A stretch of DNA of 64,000 bases from Perkinsus olseni (Eukaryota): NCBI GenBank assembly GCA_013115125.1, contig JABANN010000069.1:1-64000 (forward strand), given 5' to 3'. Position 1 is the stretch's first letter. Each line of letters begins with the position of its first letter. Both the position numbers and the translations under genes were made by a program. Of this stretch, positions 1 to 12,943 are shown piece by piece. Below the pieces are notes generated by a model. The model saw nothing but the letters and a program-made list of their open reading frames with translations, did not search any database and was not told where the DNA came from.

Positions 1-305
1 TTGATGTATATCGGCATAGTGCCCTGTCGTGCTTGGTCGGCGGCTGTATATGGATATTGCTGTATATCTGCTTAATCGAGCCGCTGAGTCCAGATGATAG
101 CCCAATCCTGTGGTGTCTTGTGTTCGAGTCGAGGTTTGGCGCAGGCGATGAACTGTACCGCAGGAGTTCACTTCTTAATAGACTGAATCTCAGTACCAAT
201 TTGGTACAACGAGTTTGGTTCTAATCAGTGCATCGACCGAACCTCTGTTGTTCGTCTGTTAATAAATTAACTCCAGTAAAAAGAGACGAGATAGATACAT
301 CCATT
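1..305 (-). CDS. Partial hypothetical multi-exon gene running off the window edge
   Basis: ATG at ~305 followed by GT..AG-bounded short introns and an open frame to position 1; no recognisable domain. Confidence 0.25.
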
Positions 306-499
306 GTTGGCGAGATGGTCTACCCAGCGACCTCAAAGGTATTGTCATCACAAACGGTGATAGTGATTCATCATCGGTCGTTACTAAGCTAGCAGCGAGA
401 TGCACCCGTGATGAGCGAAACTAGTAAAGTCGAGATCGGCGGTCGTTCGAAACGTGGCACTCGAGAACAGGACGGCGACGGTTTGCATGCGGAAGTAAC

Positions 500-2086
500 T
501 CAGTCGCCATCAGCTCCAGCGATAGCCGCTTGGGTATATATCCTACAAGAGAGCCATGGGCAACCGGGGGACTGCGAACGGGATCATACTGGAGGATATT
601 CACTGCAGTGAGGAACGTCTCTCGAGCCTGACGTGAGGTCTCTAGAAAGCCCACGGTCTCTACGTCTTCAAGGGCGTGATGGTAAACCTAGGAGAAAGAC
701 GGCAGGCCGAGGAGAGAGTCGAGAGAGCGAGACCTGGAGGAAGATCATGCGGCCCATGTCATCGGCTGTGAGCGAGTCTTGGACGGTCGGGTACTCCTGC
801 GGGACATAACAATGAACCACTACACAGTAGGAGGGAGTATCTTTCTACTAGCGTGACGAGAGAATCCTCAGCTCGGAGAACATCCACAATGTCCACGATA
901 TCACAGGATACCTGAACGAGGGGGCGTCCGCTGTGCAGCGGCAGTGGTGGTCACTCGGAGCGGAGCAGGATAGGGGGGCACCTGTGGGCATGCGCGCACT
1001 GGATGGTCTGTTGCTAGAATAAATCGCCGAAGACTTCTGTCGAGTTGGTACCTGAGAGTCGACACCAATACGGTGGCGTGACACAAGCCAGGCACAAATC
1101 TTCAGTGAAGATCCGAGCATGATTCGTCGATGACGACAACAGTTGACAGATGTGAGAGCAAGGCCAGACCAGCATAAAAGATGACGAGAATGCTGCCTAG
1201 TGGAAGATCACATGAATAGACAATCACGACCAATGGCGAGGGTTTACGTGGCTCGGTGGGCCTCTCCGCTCTGCAGGTCGATTTGCCAACAGCTCACCCC
1301 TCGAACTGCCTTCGTCGTGAAGTCGCGAACGAGGCCCTGTGGGAGGCCGTGGAGGAGGAGTTGCGGATGTTATGGTATGGAGGTTGGACTTACTCTGAGC
1401 TTGCGTTTGTCGTCTGGGCTAGTCGTGGGTTCTCGAGGACTTTCTGCCAGCGTAGACGATCCATCGAACGAGTCACCTAACCTTAACCCATGCGGTCTTC
1501 GGACAAACAGTCGTCGTCACCGCAATGGCTCCGATTTCGACCGTGGTAGCTCGGGCTCGAGGAAGCGGTATCGAATCGCGGAACACTGAGAGGAATCTTA
1601 GGTTGACTCGCGGCAGCGGCAGAACTCACATCAAGTCGTTCCATTCGGGGACACCATCACTGGCGACTTCTTCGCTAACCGGTTCATACTCGTCCTCTGA
1701 GAGTTACGATTGGAGTGGTATGAAGGCAACTGTCGCTACCTTCGTCAGCTTCTTCTGCGGGGCTCGTAGGGTTCCTCTCCCCGCAGACCGTAGTGAACGG
1801 TCGTAAGGCGGCAGCATCACACGCCCCGCCACTGCATCCATTGGTCAGAAAACGAATGAGATTGTGCATCACTCCTGATGGTATTCAGTAAGCAAAGTCC
1901 GTAGCAGCATTGCAGCTTATTTGTCTCTTAGTGGCCGCATCGCTCCGCTCACTATGACAGAAATTTACCGGGGGTAGTACCCTCGGCTTTTCTTTGCTGG
2001 TTCATCATTTTAATTTTCGACCGTCGATTTGAGTACTCAGATACGCCTGAATTTGATAATGATGTCAGAGCCATAGGAGCTCCCAT
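500..2086 (-). CDS. IMC sub-compartment protein (ISP)-like PH-fold protein, multi-exon
   Basis: Spliced exons give LVRDFTTKAVRGVSCWQIDLQSG..YQLDRSLRRFIL..VSCDIVDIVDV..VGFLETSRQARETFLTAVNILQ, resembling the ISP C-terminal domain; candidate start MGAP (possible myristoylation); stop TGA at 500-502; 5' exons uncertain. Confidence 0.55.
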
Positions 2087-2405
2087 TTGTTGTCTCAGAA
2101 ACTACCATCATCGCCGTTGGCAAGACGACGGCATGTGCGACACCCGTGGGGTAACTTGACGTGGTCAAGACGAGAATCAACGTGGGACGCTCGGATAGAA
2201 TGCTACTCAGGACTTCTGAGTCAGGAGGACTTTGCCGACTGCTTCTTACTCTTCAGTGACGTCTATCGATTACATCGCGCTTTTACAGAGTTGATCGCAC
2301 TTTGAGAGTTAGATACTCGGGCGTGCGCCGAATAAGATGCGCCTTCATAAAACGCATCTTTCAATGGTCTCACATCAACGCCTTGTGCGAATTGAAGCCC
2401 TTACC

Positions 2406-3060
2406 ATGCAACCAACACCGTACCATACCTCCACCGCATCGCCCTTCCTAAGTCCGATTCCTCCTCGATCCGCCCGGTTGGACTCCCTCACAAGGTACGG
2501 CGCGAGTCCTCGGACTTATCGTGATGGTATCTTCAGGTCGGCTATCGTCTTCCCTGTTACTCGTTCTCGTCGAAGCTCAGTCCACTACCCCAGCCCCTCC
2601 ATCGTAGGACGACGGAGCTCCGTCATTGGAAGTAAGCTTAAGTCTTTGCCCTCTCGCCATCAGCTCGTCCACAGGCACGCTGCTATCACCATCGTCACAA
2701 CTGTTACTACCAACGCAATCAGCCATACCAGTACCCCCGTCCAACCCCTTCGCTACGGTAACAACATGGCCTGGAGTATCATTGTTATCGCTCACTCCTC
2801 AGGGTTTGTCTACGAGGAGCTCGTACGCGCCGCGTGGGCGCCGTTCATCAACCACCAGCCTCTTCGTAGTACCCGACGGTAGCGTCCCAGCTGAGGTTGC
2901 GTCCTCGCAGGCGCCCTCGATGGACACGATATACACCTCCTCCCCTCCAGCAAGAATAGCGAGAGTCGTCACTCGTGTCCACAGTCCACACGGAAGAAGC
3001 CCGCCAAAGGAGTTCACTACTACTTACTCCATCGGCCCCTCAAGTAAGACAGCTGATTGA
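2406..3060 (+). CDS. Ser/Pro/Thr-rich hypothetical protein (3 exons)
   Basis: Two short GT-AG introns join ORFs 2337-2882 and 2626-3060 in frame. Confidence 0.5.
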
Positions 3061-3235
3061 CGAGTTTCTCTCATCTCTTGTAAGGTTTGCCGAGCCCACC
3101 ATCCCCTCCGCCGGACTCGTCATCATCCTCGAAGCCTCCCTCTACAATGTTCATCACTCCATGATTACTCTCGTGAATTCACTAAGCATGTATATTGCAC
3201 CGGTGTGCTGCATACTCAACAACATCGCAAGTGTT

Positions 3236-6200
3236 TCATAGAGAGCCTGTCGAGTCATCAGTGTCTATCGACGATGACTTTACTGTATACATCTGTCCGC
3301 TCAACAGATATTTTTTGGTGTACATAACAGCGGTCCTCGCGCCATCTTTCGGTAATACCCTGCTGCAAATTACACCTCCGCAACGAAAAGGAGGAGCACA
3401 ACGCAAGTCTCTCGGGTTCGAACCCTGGCCAGAGCTTCTCGGTAACTTTTCGGTAGCCCCTACCACGGCTCATGACAACTCTGGCCGGTAAAATGCGAAT
3501 AAAACCGCTTTCGTGTTTCTGAAATACGCAGACCATCGTTCTCGCGATACTTAACATAGTCAATAAACTGCTTTTCCTTACTTTCAAGAACGCCCCCGGA
3601 TTCCACACATAAAATACTTTGGCTTGACGAACAGGGCTTATTCAACAGGCTGAATCGTTCCCCACGGAAAGGTATGTCGATGATGTTAATCAAAGCCGTA
3701 TCATCGACCTTGGACTTCAAACTCACTCACACAAATCGAGTTTACCTCGCGAGGAGGTCTTCAGTCCAGGATAGACAGCTTATTGTATCCCCCACTTAAA
3801 AGAATGAATGAAACGCGTTTCTCCCCCGAGGTCGCCTAGGACACTGTCAAACACAAAACTACTCTCCTAACGATCAACGATGAAACAAACAGCAATCTAT
3901 AAATATCCGATGGCGGGAATGGGTCGCTCATTGACAAGCAGGAGATTCTGGCGACTCGACTCTAGTCCACACACCACCTATATTGCCACTTCGAGACTTC
4001 CAAACGATTTCGGGGATTTGTGGTATGCCGTCTTGGCCACACTGGGCGACTTGCTCACGCGTCGAGGGATACTGGTACGAGTACAGCCCGGAGGTGCCCC
4101 ACTTCACTACGGCCTGAAAAACCCGAAGGATCACGCAGGAATGAGAGCATGAACCTACGCTATCAGAGTCTACTGTACTGAGGGCCACCACCAACGGCTT
4201 CGAGACGCCCTTCTCTCCCGTCTTAGCGTCAATCGCAAAGGAGTCATCTCCCTCTATGAGGTAACGCTTGCCCTTCGTATCAGAGTAGAGTCCCTGTGAA
4301 AGTATTTATGAAGGAAATTAACAGACAAGATTTACCCACCTGGAGGGAGTTCAAAATTGTCTCCTTCACGTCACTCTCAAAGGCAGGCGGTGCTGCCGAG
4401 CTCGAAGAACTAGTCTGTGCCGTCTCCGCGACCGTTTCTCGCTAAAGTATGAGAATGAATCACGTCACTTATGAGTGCACTTCGAGCCACCTGTGGTGAA
4501 CGCCTGCCGGGCTGCCGAGCCGCTTTGCCGTTCTTGGATACGTTTCCGTCACTTTGTGGCTGAGCGTATCGTCCCGTCCCAATAACAGCACCATAAAGAG
4601 CCTCCTCGTCGTCAGTCCCTCTGAGGGTACTCCTAAGGGAAATGGCAATTGTTGACCATCCGATCGACGGTAATTTCAATCGGTTCGAAATCATACCAAC
4701 TCATCGGCAAGATGTGAAAATATTAACGTGGAATTGCAAACATAGCGATGAAACTTGTCCGTAACTTTACGCATGAAAGTTGACGAAGACATCTTCCCAG
4801 TAGTACTTTCCCCGTTGCGATTCCTCCTTCTCAATCTCCCGTGCAATCGTCTCCACCTTCGACCTTTGAGCGCTGCTTAGATTCTTTGGCACCTCAGTAG
4901 TGTACAATTTCCAATTAAAGCTAGTATGAACTCTGACAGAACAAAAGGTACTCCCAGAATCGCAGCCGCCTAGTATGTTGCAATATCTTCAAAAAATTTC
5001 ATACCGATGATAAATCTCAAGAACCGTGAGAACTATGCCGCCTCGCAGGTACATGCTGTGATACCACTCCAATCGTAACTCCCCCACTACCCGAATCGCT
5101 CCTCGTTCACTTTAAACTGGTCCCAATGAAGGTTCTCGGTCGCAGAAAAATCCGCAGTGGCCGCCTGAGAACCCACACGATCCACTACCGCTGGGCGAGT
5201 TCCCCACTTACCGTGTCGGCCTCAAGCCAGGTGTCGTCAACCCGATGCAAGGCGTGAGCGGACGCATCCTCATCATCCGCTGAATACCCACGAATTTTAG
5301 AAAGGATCTCATGATCCGTCTCTGAATGAAAATAACAAAACCCCGCTCGCCGCAACTAGGAAGATGAATCCGCTCGTCTGACGAAGTCCAACGCCCGTCA
5401 GGGTCAGCATCGATAATTCACCGCCAATCAGGCATCTTATCATTAATTAGTAGTGGCTCGGAGCGTGAGAATCGCCAGATGAGGTATTCAGGCGAGGAGA
5501 CCTCTAGTTCTCCATTGCTGCTGTTAATAACCGAACAAGGATGACGAATTGGATCGAATAAAATGCAGGAAGAGAAAAAACGATTTTAAGATAACGAAAA
5601 TTTACGCGGTAAACAAAAAGGAATTTCGCCTCTCTTTTGCGGTGTATCGACCGTTACGATGTAGTATGAGCCGAGGGGATATCGGAACGTTTGCGAGGTC
5701 CAGCCCCTATTACGGAATACACTGCCTTTCGGGCGCTGCCTCGCCAGCCTAACATAGTTCGTGACGCTAGATGGCAGCTTCCACCATGTCGTGACCTGGG
5801 AGGAATGGATCACTACAGCCCAGCCGAGTTTGCCGTGTCAGAGGCACGAGAGAGAACACCACCAAACAATTCCTCCATCTTTTGCAGAGACACTTTCTCG
5901 CTTCGCTCCGCTAGGCATGATTGCGTACTTCTGAGGGCCGTACTTCAGCACCGACCCTCTGATGAGTCGAGCGAAGCCACGAACAGGATGCCCGTGGGAG
6001 AGCCCCCTACCCTCACTCACTCTTTTGGCAGGTTGCTTTATATATACATGTACATAGTTAGCCCTGGAACTCGGGAGGGAGTACCAATGCTTACGACCTT
6101 CAATCTCGGCCAAATCCTGAGAAACAAACACTAGCCGCCTACTGACGCAGGAACCGATCGACGCAGGCCAACACGCCTCCTGGTAGTGGCGGACGACGGA

Positions 6201-7179
6201 GTGAGGGAAAAAAGAGTTGCCAGCCCAGACTAGTACGTTCATTTTGATGAACCTCGAGGAAGGGCCAGAGGCCATGTCTTGCTGAGCATCGGGTCTTACG
6301 ACCACCTCTCCCGTATGGCTGTCGGTCTGCCGTTCCCAAGAGAAAGAGGACGACCCCTGTTTCGCGCGCCACGAAACTCGTCCTTCAGAGAATTCAGTGC
6401 CTACGCCCAAGAGTGGTGGTGCTGCGAGATCGGTGTCGGTATTACTATCAAGAATGTATCTTCCAGAACTGCCCCAGTAAATGGTACCTGAAGGTGCAGT
6501 CAATTCTCGAAGGTCTCCGTAGCATAACGGATAAGATCCACCCCTATCATTCCGGAGGACGCGGGTTCGAATCACCACCCGACATATAGCGACGACGAGT
6601 AATCACTAAAATGTTTCTGCCTACCTATACAAGGACGGGGAACCGTCAGGCAGGCAGACGGGGTACCCAGTCTGGGTAACAGTCTCACTCTCGGCCGTGA
6701 TACATCACGAGGATTCTCGAAAACGAAACCTCACAACTCCGCCGACACGCGCAAGCATACACCGCCTGGGGGCCGATGATTCAAGAATTAAAGGAACTGC
6801 CCGAATTAAAGAGGACCTCACCCTACTACCATCCTTATGTTGTAGCAATTTATCGTAGGTCCGGAGAGGTACGCCGTCCTTCGATACATGTACCGTACTG
6901 CCCTGAACCTGACACTGGCCAAGCTGCAATTACCAGCCTACCCAGAGCGAAGCCCTTCTGGAGAATGATCTGTATCACGGCTCTGTCGCCACTTCACCAA
7001 AGAACGACAGACTGTAGTACCTTGTAGGTCTTATGGTCCTCTAGACCGTGCCATTCACCTTGTATCCTCGCCAAGGGGTCATTCTCCAAGACCGAGGCGA
7101 AGAGCAGGTCCAGAGGGGTGGATCCATCCGAGGGAGGCAAGCCTCCAGTCTCCGAGCTTCCCCTGCTGGGGCCGAGCAT
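3236..7179 (-). CDS. Ataxin-2/Pbp1-like protein with LsmAD domain (multi-exon; could be more than one gene)
   Basis: Splicing 5090 to 4933 gives WDQFKVNEERFGVHTSFNWKLYTTEVPKNLSSAQRSKVETIAREIEKEE, then DDEEALYGAV: the LsmAD signature; outer boundaries tentative. Confidence 0.7.
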
Positions 7180-7382
7180 GACGATTTTCTAGGGGAACAA
7201 AAAATGCTGATGGTTAACCCGTTGGTCAGCGTCACTGCGCCACGAAATCCCCCACTATAGGAAACACAACTCTCTCTTTCTCGAGAGACATACCCTCATC
7301 ATAATACTGTTCGTAAGCTCGCACGAGTGCATGCGAGTGGCTCCAATTTAGCATGCAGTTCAATGTTGTTGAGATTGATAGA

Positions 7383-8928
7383 CTACGCTACTCCATCGGT
7401 CATAACCAACGCCACGTTACCCTGGCTGCTCATCCAGGAGACCCCGAGACTCGGCATCAACGCCAACAGATTGGCCACCGCATCATCGTGAATGGAGGTG
7501 CCTCTGAGATCGATCCACTGCAGGCTTGTACCATGCGTCACCACAGCATCCAGCAACGTGTCCGACACCCCGAGGTTGGCTGCGACGTCAAGGGCCTTCA
7601 AGTTGTGACAGTTTTCAATCAAAACAACGAGGCCAGCGTCCGTCACCAACGTCCGTGCCACATACACCTCCTGTATGCACTCAGAAACTCTGTTCTCCGC
7701 AATAGTCGTTAAGACCTCGTCCCTACAGTCGGATACCCCACTTAAATTAATATACCGCAGATGACAGATGCTAGAGGACCCCAGCCAAGCACACAAAGCT
7801 CGACAAGTGAGCTGATCTAAGCCACGGAGGTTCACGTGCTCTAGTCGTGTAGCAGCTCGCAGGACCCCAATGAATTCTGACGAGAGAGACGAGCATTCGA
7901 AGAGGTCCAAATGGGTGAGCACATCGCAACAAAGGCATATGATCTGGGAGAGTTCGGAGTCGGATAGAAACTCGCAACCGTAAAGATTGATCCGTTTGGC
8001 AGGACCACGAGTATCACAGCGTTGGAGGAGGGCTCGAAAGGCCTGCCGGTGAGCGGAGGCACGATCGAAGGAATCTGAAGTAATTAAACTCATACTGATA
8101 CTACGACATGAAAGGCGAAAATAATGGATAGTACTCATCCAAGGGTATTACCATCACGGTTGTTGGAGGAACAAAAACGGCTACGCAAGAGCCTTTCGAT
8201 GGACACCTGATGAGGAGAGATACACAACCGACCACCCTGCAAGGCTATTATAACATGGAATGGTGGAGGCGCTGATTGGCAGGACTGCCGACCGAAGCGG
8301 TTACCTGCGTGTTGCTCCAGTTACTCGACGTTGGACTCGAATCATCACCACTACTGCTGTCACCGGTGAGAAATGGGCATGATACTTTAGCTGACAAACG
8401 CGCTCACAATATCGAAGGTTGGACCCGGGAAGATACGAAACTGAAGATACGCCCAAGACTACCCCGCTATAACTACCAATGTCTCTCCGATGGCCGCCCT
8501 CGAGTCTCTCTTGTCCCAAACTTCCTGACCGCCTGGTACGCGACGATGCATGGGCCTTGGTGAGCGCTATGTCCGAGTAGAACATCGCACACGTCGTTGG
8601 TCTCTGCGGATACCGCAAGAGATGATGAGAGAAGTACCTGGTGAAGGAAAGTCGGCATTGTAAGAAAATAGCCGTCTAGCGAATCGAGCCCCAGGCAAGC
8701 CAGGCTGTCATAGATTTACGGAGAACATGACACCGGAGGGTCCCTTCGGGAGGGATGGAGTGAGAAAGATACCCTCGGAATAAATGTTAACCCAACCCCG
8801 ACCGAAATAGAAACAGGTTTCGGGGTTTCGAGTTATCGGACCCAGTACAAGGTCTCAACCGTTGCATTCGGGCTTCTCTTCATGTTCAAAAACTCCTCGA
8901 CAATTTCTTCGAGCGAGGTGAAACTCAT
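7383..8928 (-). CDS. Leucine-rich-repeat protein (F-box/LRR, AMN1-type repeats)
   Basis: ORF 7383-8138 has repeated LxxLxLxxC units (LTHLDLFEC, LRYINLSG, LQWIDLRG); upstream exons begin MSFTSLEEIVEEF at 8928. Confidence 0.7.
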
Positions 8929-8984
8929 CGATCTTGTCCGGCTGAGCCCGGCTCAGACGGACAAGATCGATGAGTTTCACCTCG
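8914..8984. repeat. 71-nt near-perfect inverted repeat (hairpin)
   Basis: 27-bp perfect arms 8914-8940/8958-8984, plus inner CTGAGC/GCTCAG and a 3-nt loop. Confidence 0.95.
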
Positions 8985-9059
8985 GCTCAGTGAGCCGACC
9001 ACAATGATCATAAGTCTGATTCGCGACATGCTGCCAGCTTGCTTTCATAAACCGCACTA

Positions 9060-9780
9060 TTAAGGTCCTACCAGTTGACAGTGCACATCCGTATCATCGT
9101 CTTCAACGTTTTCTCCAACATACACTGCACTAGTCGGTGATTTTCCCAGAATCGCTGGGCTAACAACTTCTCCCGACGATATTATCAAGGACTCTAAAAT
9201 CCAGTGTGCACATTTCAGTTATGTCCACCTTGTCATCAGAACCTGGCACCACCACGTTACCGAACGTGGTTGGGCACATACGAAGCCCAAAATACGGATC
9301 AACAACATGATACAGCATATCTGCGCTGCCATGAGAGCCTATCTTGTAGCTCCACGCATATATGTAAACACGCTTATCTGCATTGCCCGGCCCAGCTGTG
9401 TCGTAGCACATAAAAATCGCCCCAGACTGATGCGCCAGTATGACCCGTCTAGCAGCGAATCGCTGCCAGCGAGGACCGGTGACCATCGAGTACTTCAACC
9501 AGCTCTACCCAATGGGTAGTACCCATCTCCCTTGTGGGTTCTACCAGCTCACATATGTCCATACCTACGTGTCGCTCTAGGTCACAGTAGACGGCCATCC
9601 GCCGGGCTGGTTCCCCCCTTGCATTCGACGCAGAGCTTGGTTATATAACCGCTCGTTCAAGCTCTTCTATGTCCGTTAGCGAGCCATGGGTGGATGTCTC
9701 AAATCCTACAGATAGCCGCCCGCGAGCGCGGTGGCTGTGGCGCTCTTACTGAGTGCATATAAACATGATATGATTAGCAT
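9060..9780 (-). CDS. Hypothetical multi-exon protein
   Basis: Exons splice to MLIISCLYAL..VYIYAWSYKIG..VHCQLVGP*; no domain recognised. Confidence 0.45.
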
Positions 9781-10327
9781 ATTTGCGGTCACCTCTCCCG
9801 CTCCGTGGGTCGGAATTTGAAGGCGAAATTGTCCCGAATTTTCACCCCCTTATTACTTGGAGACCAGACATAGAGTGTTCGCCTGGGCTGCTGTCTTGCA
9901 TGCCGCGATTTGATGATCATAATAATTCCACCGAAAACGGTTGGTGAGGTAACTGCTAGGCACCGCCAGGAACGACAGTATCTGCAAGCACGCACGTACA
10001 AGCTAGCTTCATGGTTACTACCCGATAACCTTGTCCTCGATCTCAGTCCATCCTCCTATATAAATGGCCCAGAGGTCTCCCTTCTCTCTCTCGACGCCTC
10101 CGTCCTTGGGAGCGGCCATGTCACCATGAACTAACCGTAGATCAACAGTTCACGGCTTTATGAAGTACGCATGAATTGCACGGACCAATTTTACCGCGCG
10201 CCACGAAATTCTATGACCTCGGCGATGACAGGAACGGAGCAAGATTACCGTGAACGCCACTCCATCACTTTCGATTCTACTGTGTCGCCGCATTAGGACT
10301 TTCTGTATCGCCTGACTAGTCCAGCGC

Positions 10328-11622
10328 ATGCCCAGCGCGGGGCCCACCCCGCAACGCACTGAACCTGCCCTCGCCGCCGCCACCACCACTGCTGCTGCTG
10401 CTGCTGCTGCTGTTGGATTGGAAGCCGACTGGAGGAGATACATCCCCGACACGGCCCTGCTTGTGTCGGGTATCAAACCGTTTCATCCGAGCTCCTCGCA
10501 ACACCATTAACAGGTTCTTTCGGGGGGCCCTTCGTTATCTTCACACTCACACCGCTGCGGAATGGGTTGACACTGGCGGCTCAGGACCGAGTAGGAGACC
10601 GGGCTGATTGATGCCGAACGGCTATCACCGTCTTGCAGGTCTCAACGATGTCGAGCCTCTATCGGCGATGCTTCGTTCACGGCTTTAGAAGTGGTTGGGT
10701 CGGCGGGTTATGGCCGAGCGTCCCTGCCATACCACAATTCTGCGTAATCCTACCAATTCGGCAATCCGCTCTGTGATGGCTTCACGCCAGGTACTAGGGC
10801 CTATGTATCATCTTTATACGAGTTTTCTGGGACAACAAGGGGCTCTCGTTTGCACCGGTATGAGCCATTCTCTTACCACGCCTCCTCGTCGCTACTCCTC
10901 TCCTCAGCTGTGACGGAGACGGCCATCACCTATGGCGCCAATACTAGGAATGCTGAGGTTGCTTATAATCAATACGTTCCTCGAAAGGATCGTCTGACTA
11001 ATCTTACTCCAGCGTACAAACCGATTGGCCCGGGGGCTCTCGTAAGGACCGCAGCAGCAGTCGGGCCGCTGAGGGCTGTAAATGACGGTTGTGTCAGATG
11101 CACGCGGTACGAAACGCGTTGGGGATGTGCGGTATGAGGGTGTTCGCGGCGCCTCTGGATGAACACATGTGCAAAGTCATTCGCAATCCACAGGCTTCTC
11201 GGATGGTATCAGACTTTGTAGCTTCCTGCCTCAGCGGTAGGTTACTCTTTTCCTATGCGGTAGGTCCCTGGATCGAACCTCGGGTGTGACATCAGGTGCC
11301 ATATCCATGCCATTCAATCAACTATATAATTTTTTCGTCACATCCAAAGAGGCCCGGGAGTCCACCCGACTACAGCGAGTTGCTCTCGCCACCACCTACC
11401 TTAGGGGACAATACCTCACTATTGCACCGGGCGGATCGTAAGATACGCCCCCCCCAAAATAAAAGGTAAAATATTTTTCTCAGTGTACGGCCAAGCAAAA
11501 TTATGCTGCGGGACATGGGCATGCGTTGCCTCTATGCTGGTACACTATTCTGTATCTACGCCACCATTGAGCGGACTCTCGTGGAGAACTGGCCGGCATG
11601 GTCTGAAGCATATCTGTGCTGA
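10328..11622 (+). CDS. Divergent mitochondrial-carrier-like membrane protein
   Basis: Spliced exons include FTLTPLRNGLT, SGAISMPFNQLYNF and MLRDMGMRCLYAGTLFCIYATIE; carrier-like Pro-kinked helices without the canonical PxD/ExxK motif; stop at 11620-11622. Confidence 0.5.
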
Positions 11623-11699
11623 TTCTGCCACTACTTGTCTTGTACAGAGACCGTCATCATAACGACCGTTAATGAGCCGACCGATGCATGTGGTTTGTG

Positions 11700-12739
11700 T
11701 TTACTATGAGGGGTGGCGTCTGCTGATAACTAACAAACGCAATTTGACGATTGGGAGATACGTACATCTTTAAATTCGTAACCCGAAAGTACGACACCCG
11801 GGTTGCGTCGTCTTGAATCCGATCTTGCATCTGCTGTCTTCTCATCATCCACCACTCAGCTTCTTATCGGCTAGGATCAGCGACATAAACATTACCAATG
11901 TTCACCGAAGTCAAGTGGGGTCGAGTCCCTTCCCGCATAGACCATGCCTCAACGGTTTTCCTAACACGTTCGGCTGGAGGTGAGAACAGCAGAGGAAACG
12001 CTCAGCAGTCAGCAATCCCTTCAGGCGGTCACTCTGTTCTGAACGACACACGGCCGTTGTCGAGATACAGCACAGGGGACTTGATGATCGCGTAGGGATG
12101 ATAAGACGCGGGAGGTCGTCATGCTAGGCTATCATTGACAGATCGAAAATCCGACTGGGATCGCACACGCTGCCGCCCAACGGAGCCCTGTCGGGGGATT
12201 ACCGGTACCAGCGCTTATCAATGCTCTGTCTCGATCATGTTGCTAACAGGCTGTCCACAGAAGACGCCACGGACCGGCGGATGAATCGGGTTCTTCGTAG
12301 CGAGAAGGATGTGAAGAAGATAGGACGGTGTTGCGATGCTGAACTGAAACGTTCGAAGCGGCTATACAAGTAGGAGGCTTGGCAGCTGCCCTTCTCGAGG
12401 GAAACTCAAAATTACGAATAAACTGCGGACCAGGACGATGATCGCCTCTCAGGCGACTGGGAGATCTCCGGAAGACCATGAAGCGTGAGAGCTCTCGTCT
12501 ACACTATCAGTTAACCCCACTGCAGCCGAGGCGTACCGAAGGCAAGAACTATGATCAACACTCCTTCGTGTTCCTTCATCATAGTCACAGGCACGACCAG
12601 CTCCCTGGCCGAGTTCAGGAACGGCGATCTTGAGCAGTACTATTACCGATCGCCTGTGTACGAAATCATGGGCCGACAAGCTAGTATACTTAACATGTAC
12701 CCCTATAGTGATTCCCTGAGGAGACGGTACCGATTGTGA
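11700..12739 (+). CDS. Hypothetical multi-exon protein
   Basis: Series of short exons flanked by GT/AG; terminal ORF 12551-12739. Confidence 0.3.
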
Positions 12740-12943
12740 TAGCCTTGTTGTTGCCCCAGAGATCTGTTGCTGTGCTAACCAGTACTACTAACACGACGAC
12801 TTGAATTGATGCAAGAAATGCTGCTTCGAGAGCGGATTAAAATCCGATAATAACTTTACAAAAAAATCTATGCTACTTTCCTAGCTTTAACGTAGAATTC
12901 CTTTTGGCAACTACCATCAGAAAGAATCTCCCCAATAACAAAA

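Noticed and set aside
6512-6583. tRNA-like A-box (TAGCATAACGG) and B-box (GGTTCGAATC) at tRNA spacing
   Set aside because: Acceptor, anticodon and T stems do not pair, and it is antisense to a probable coding exon
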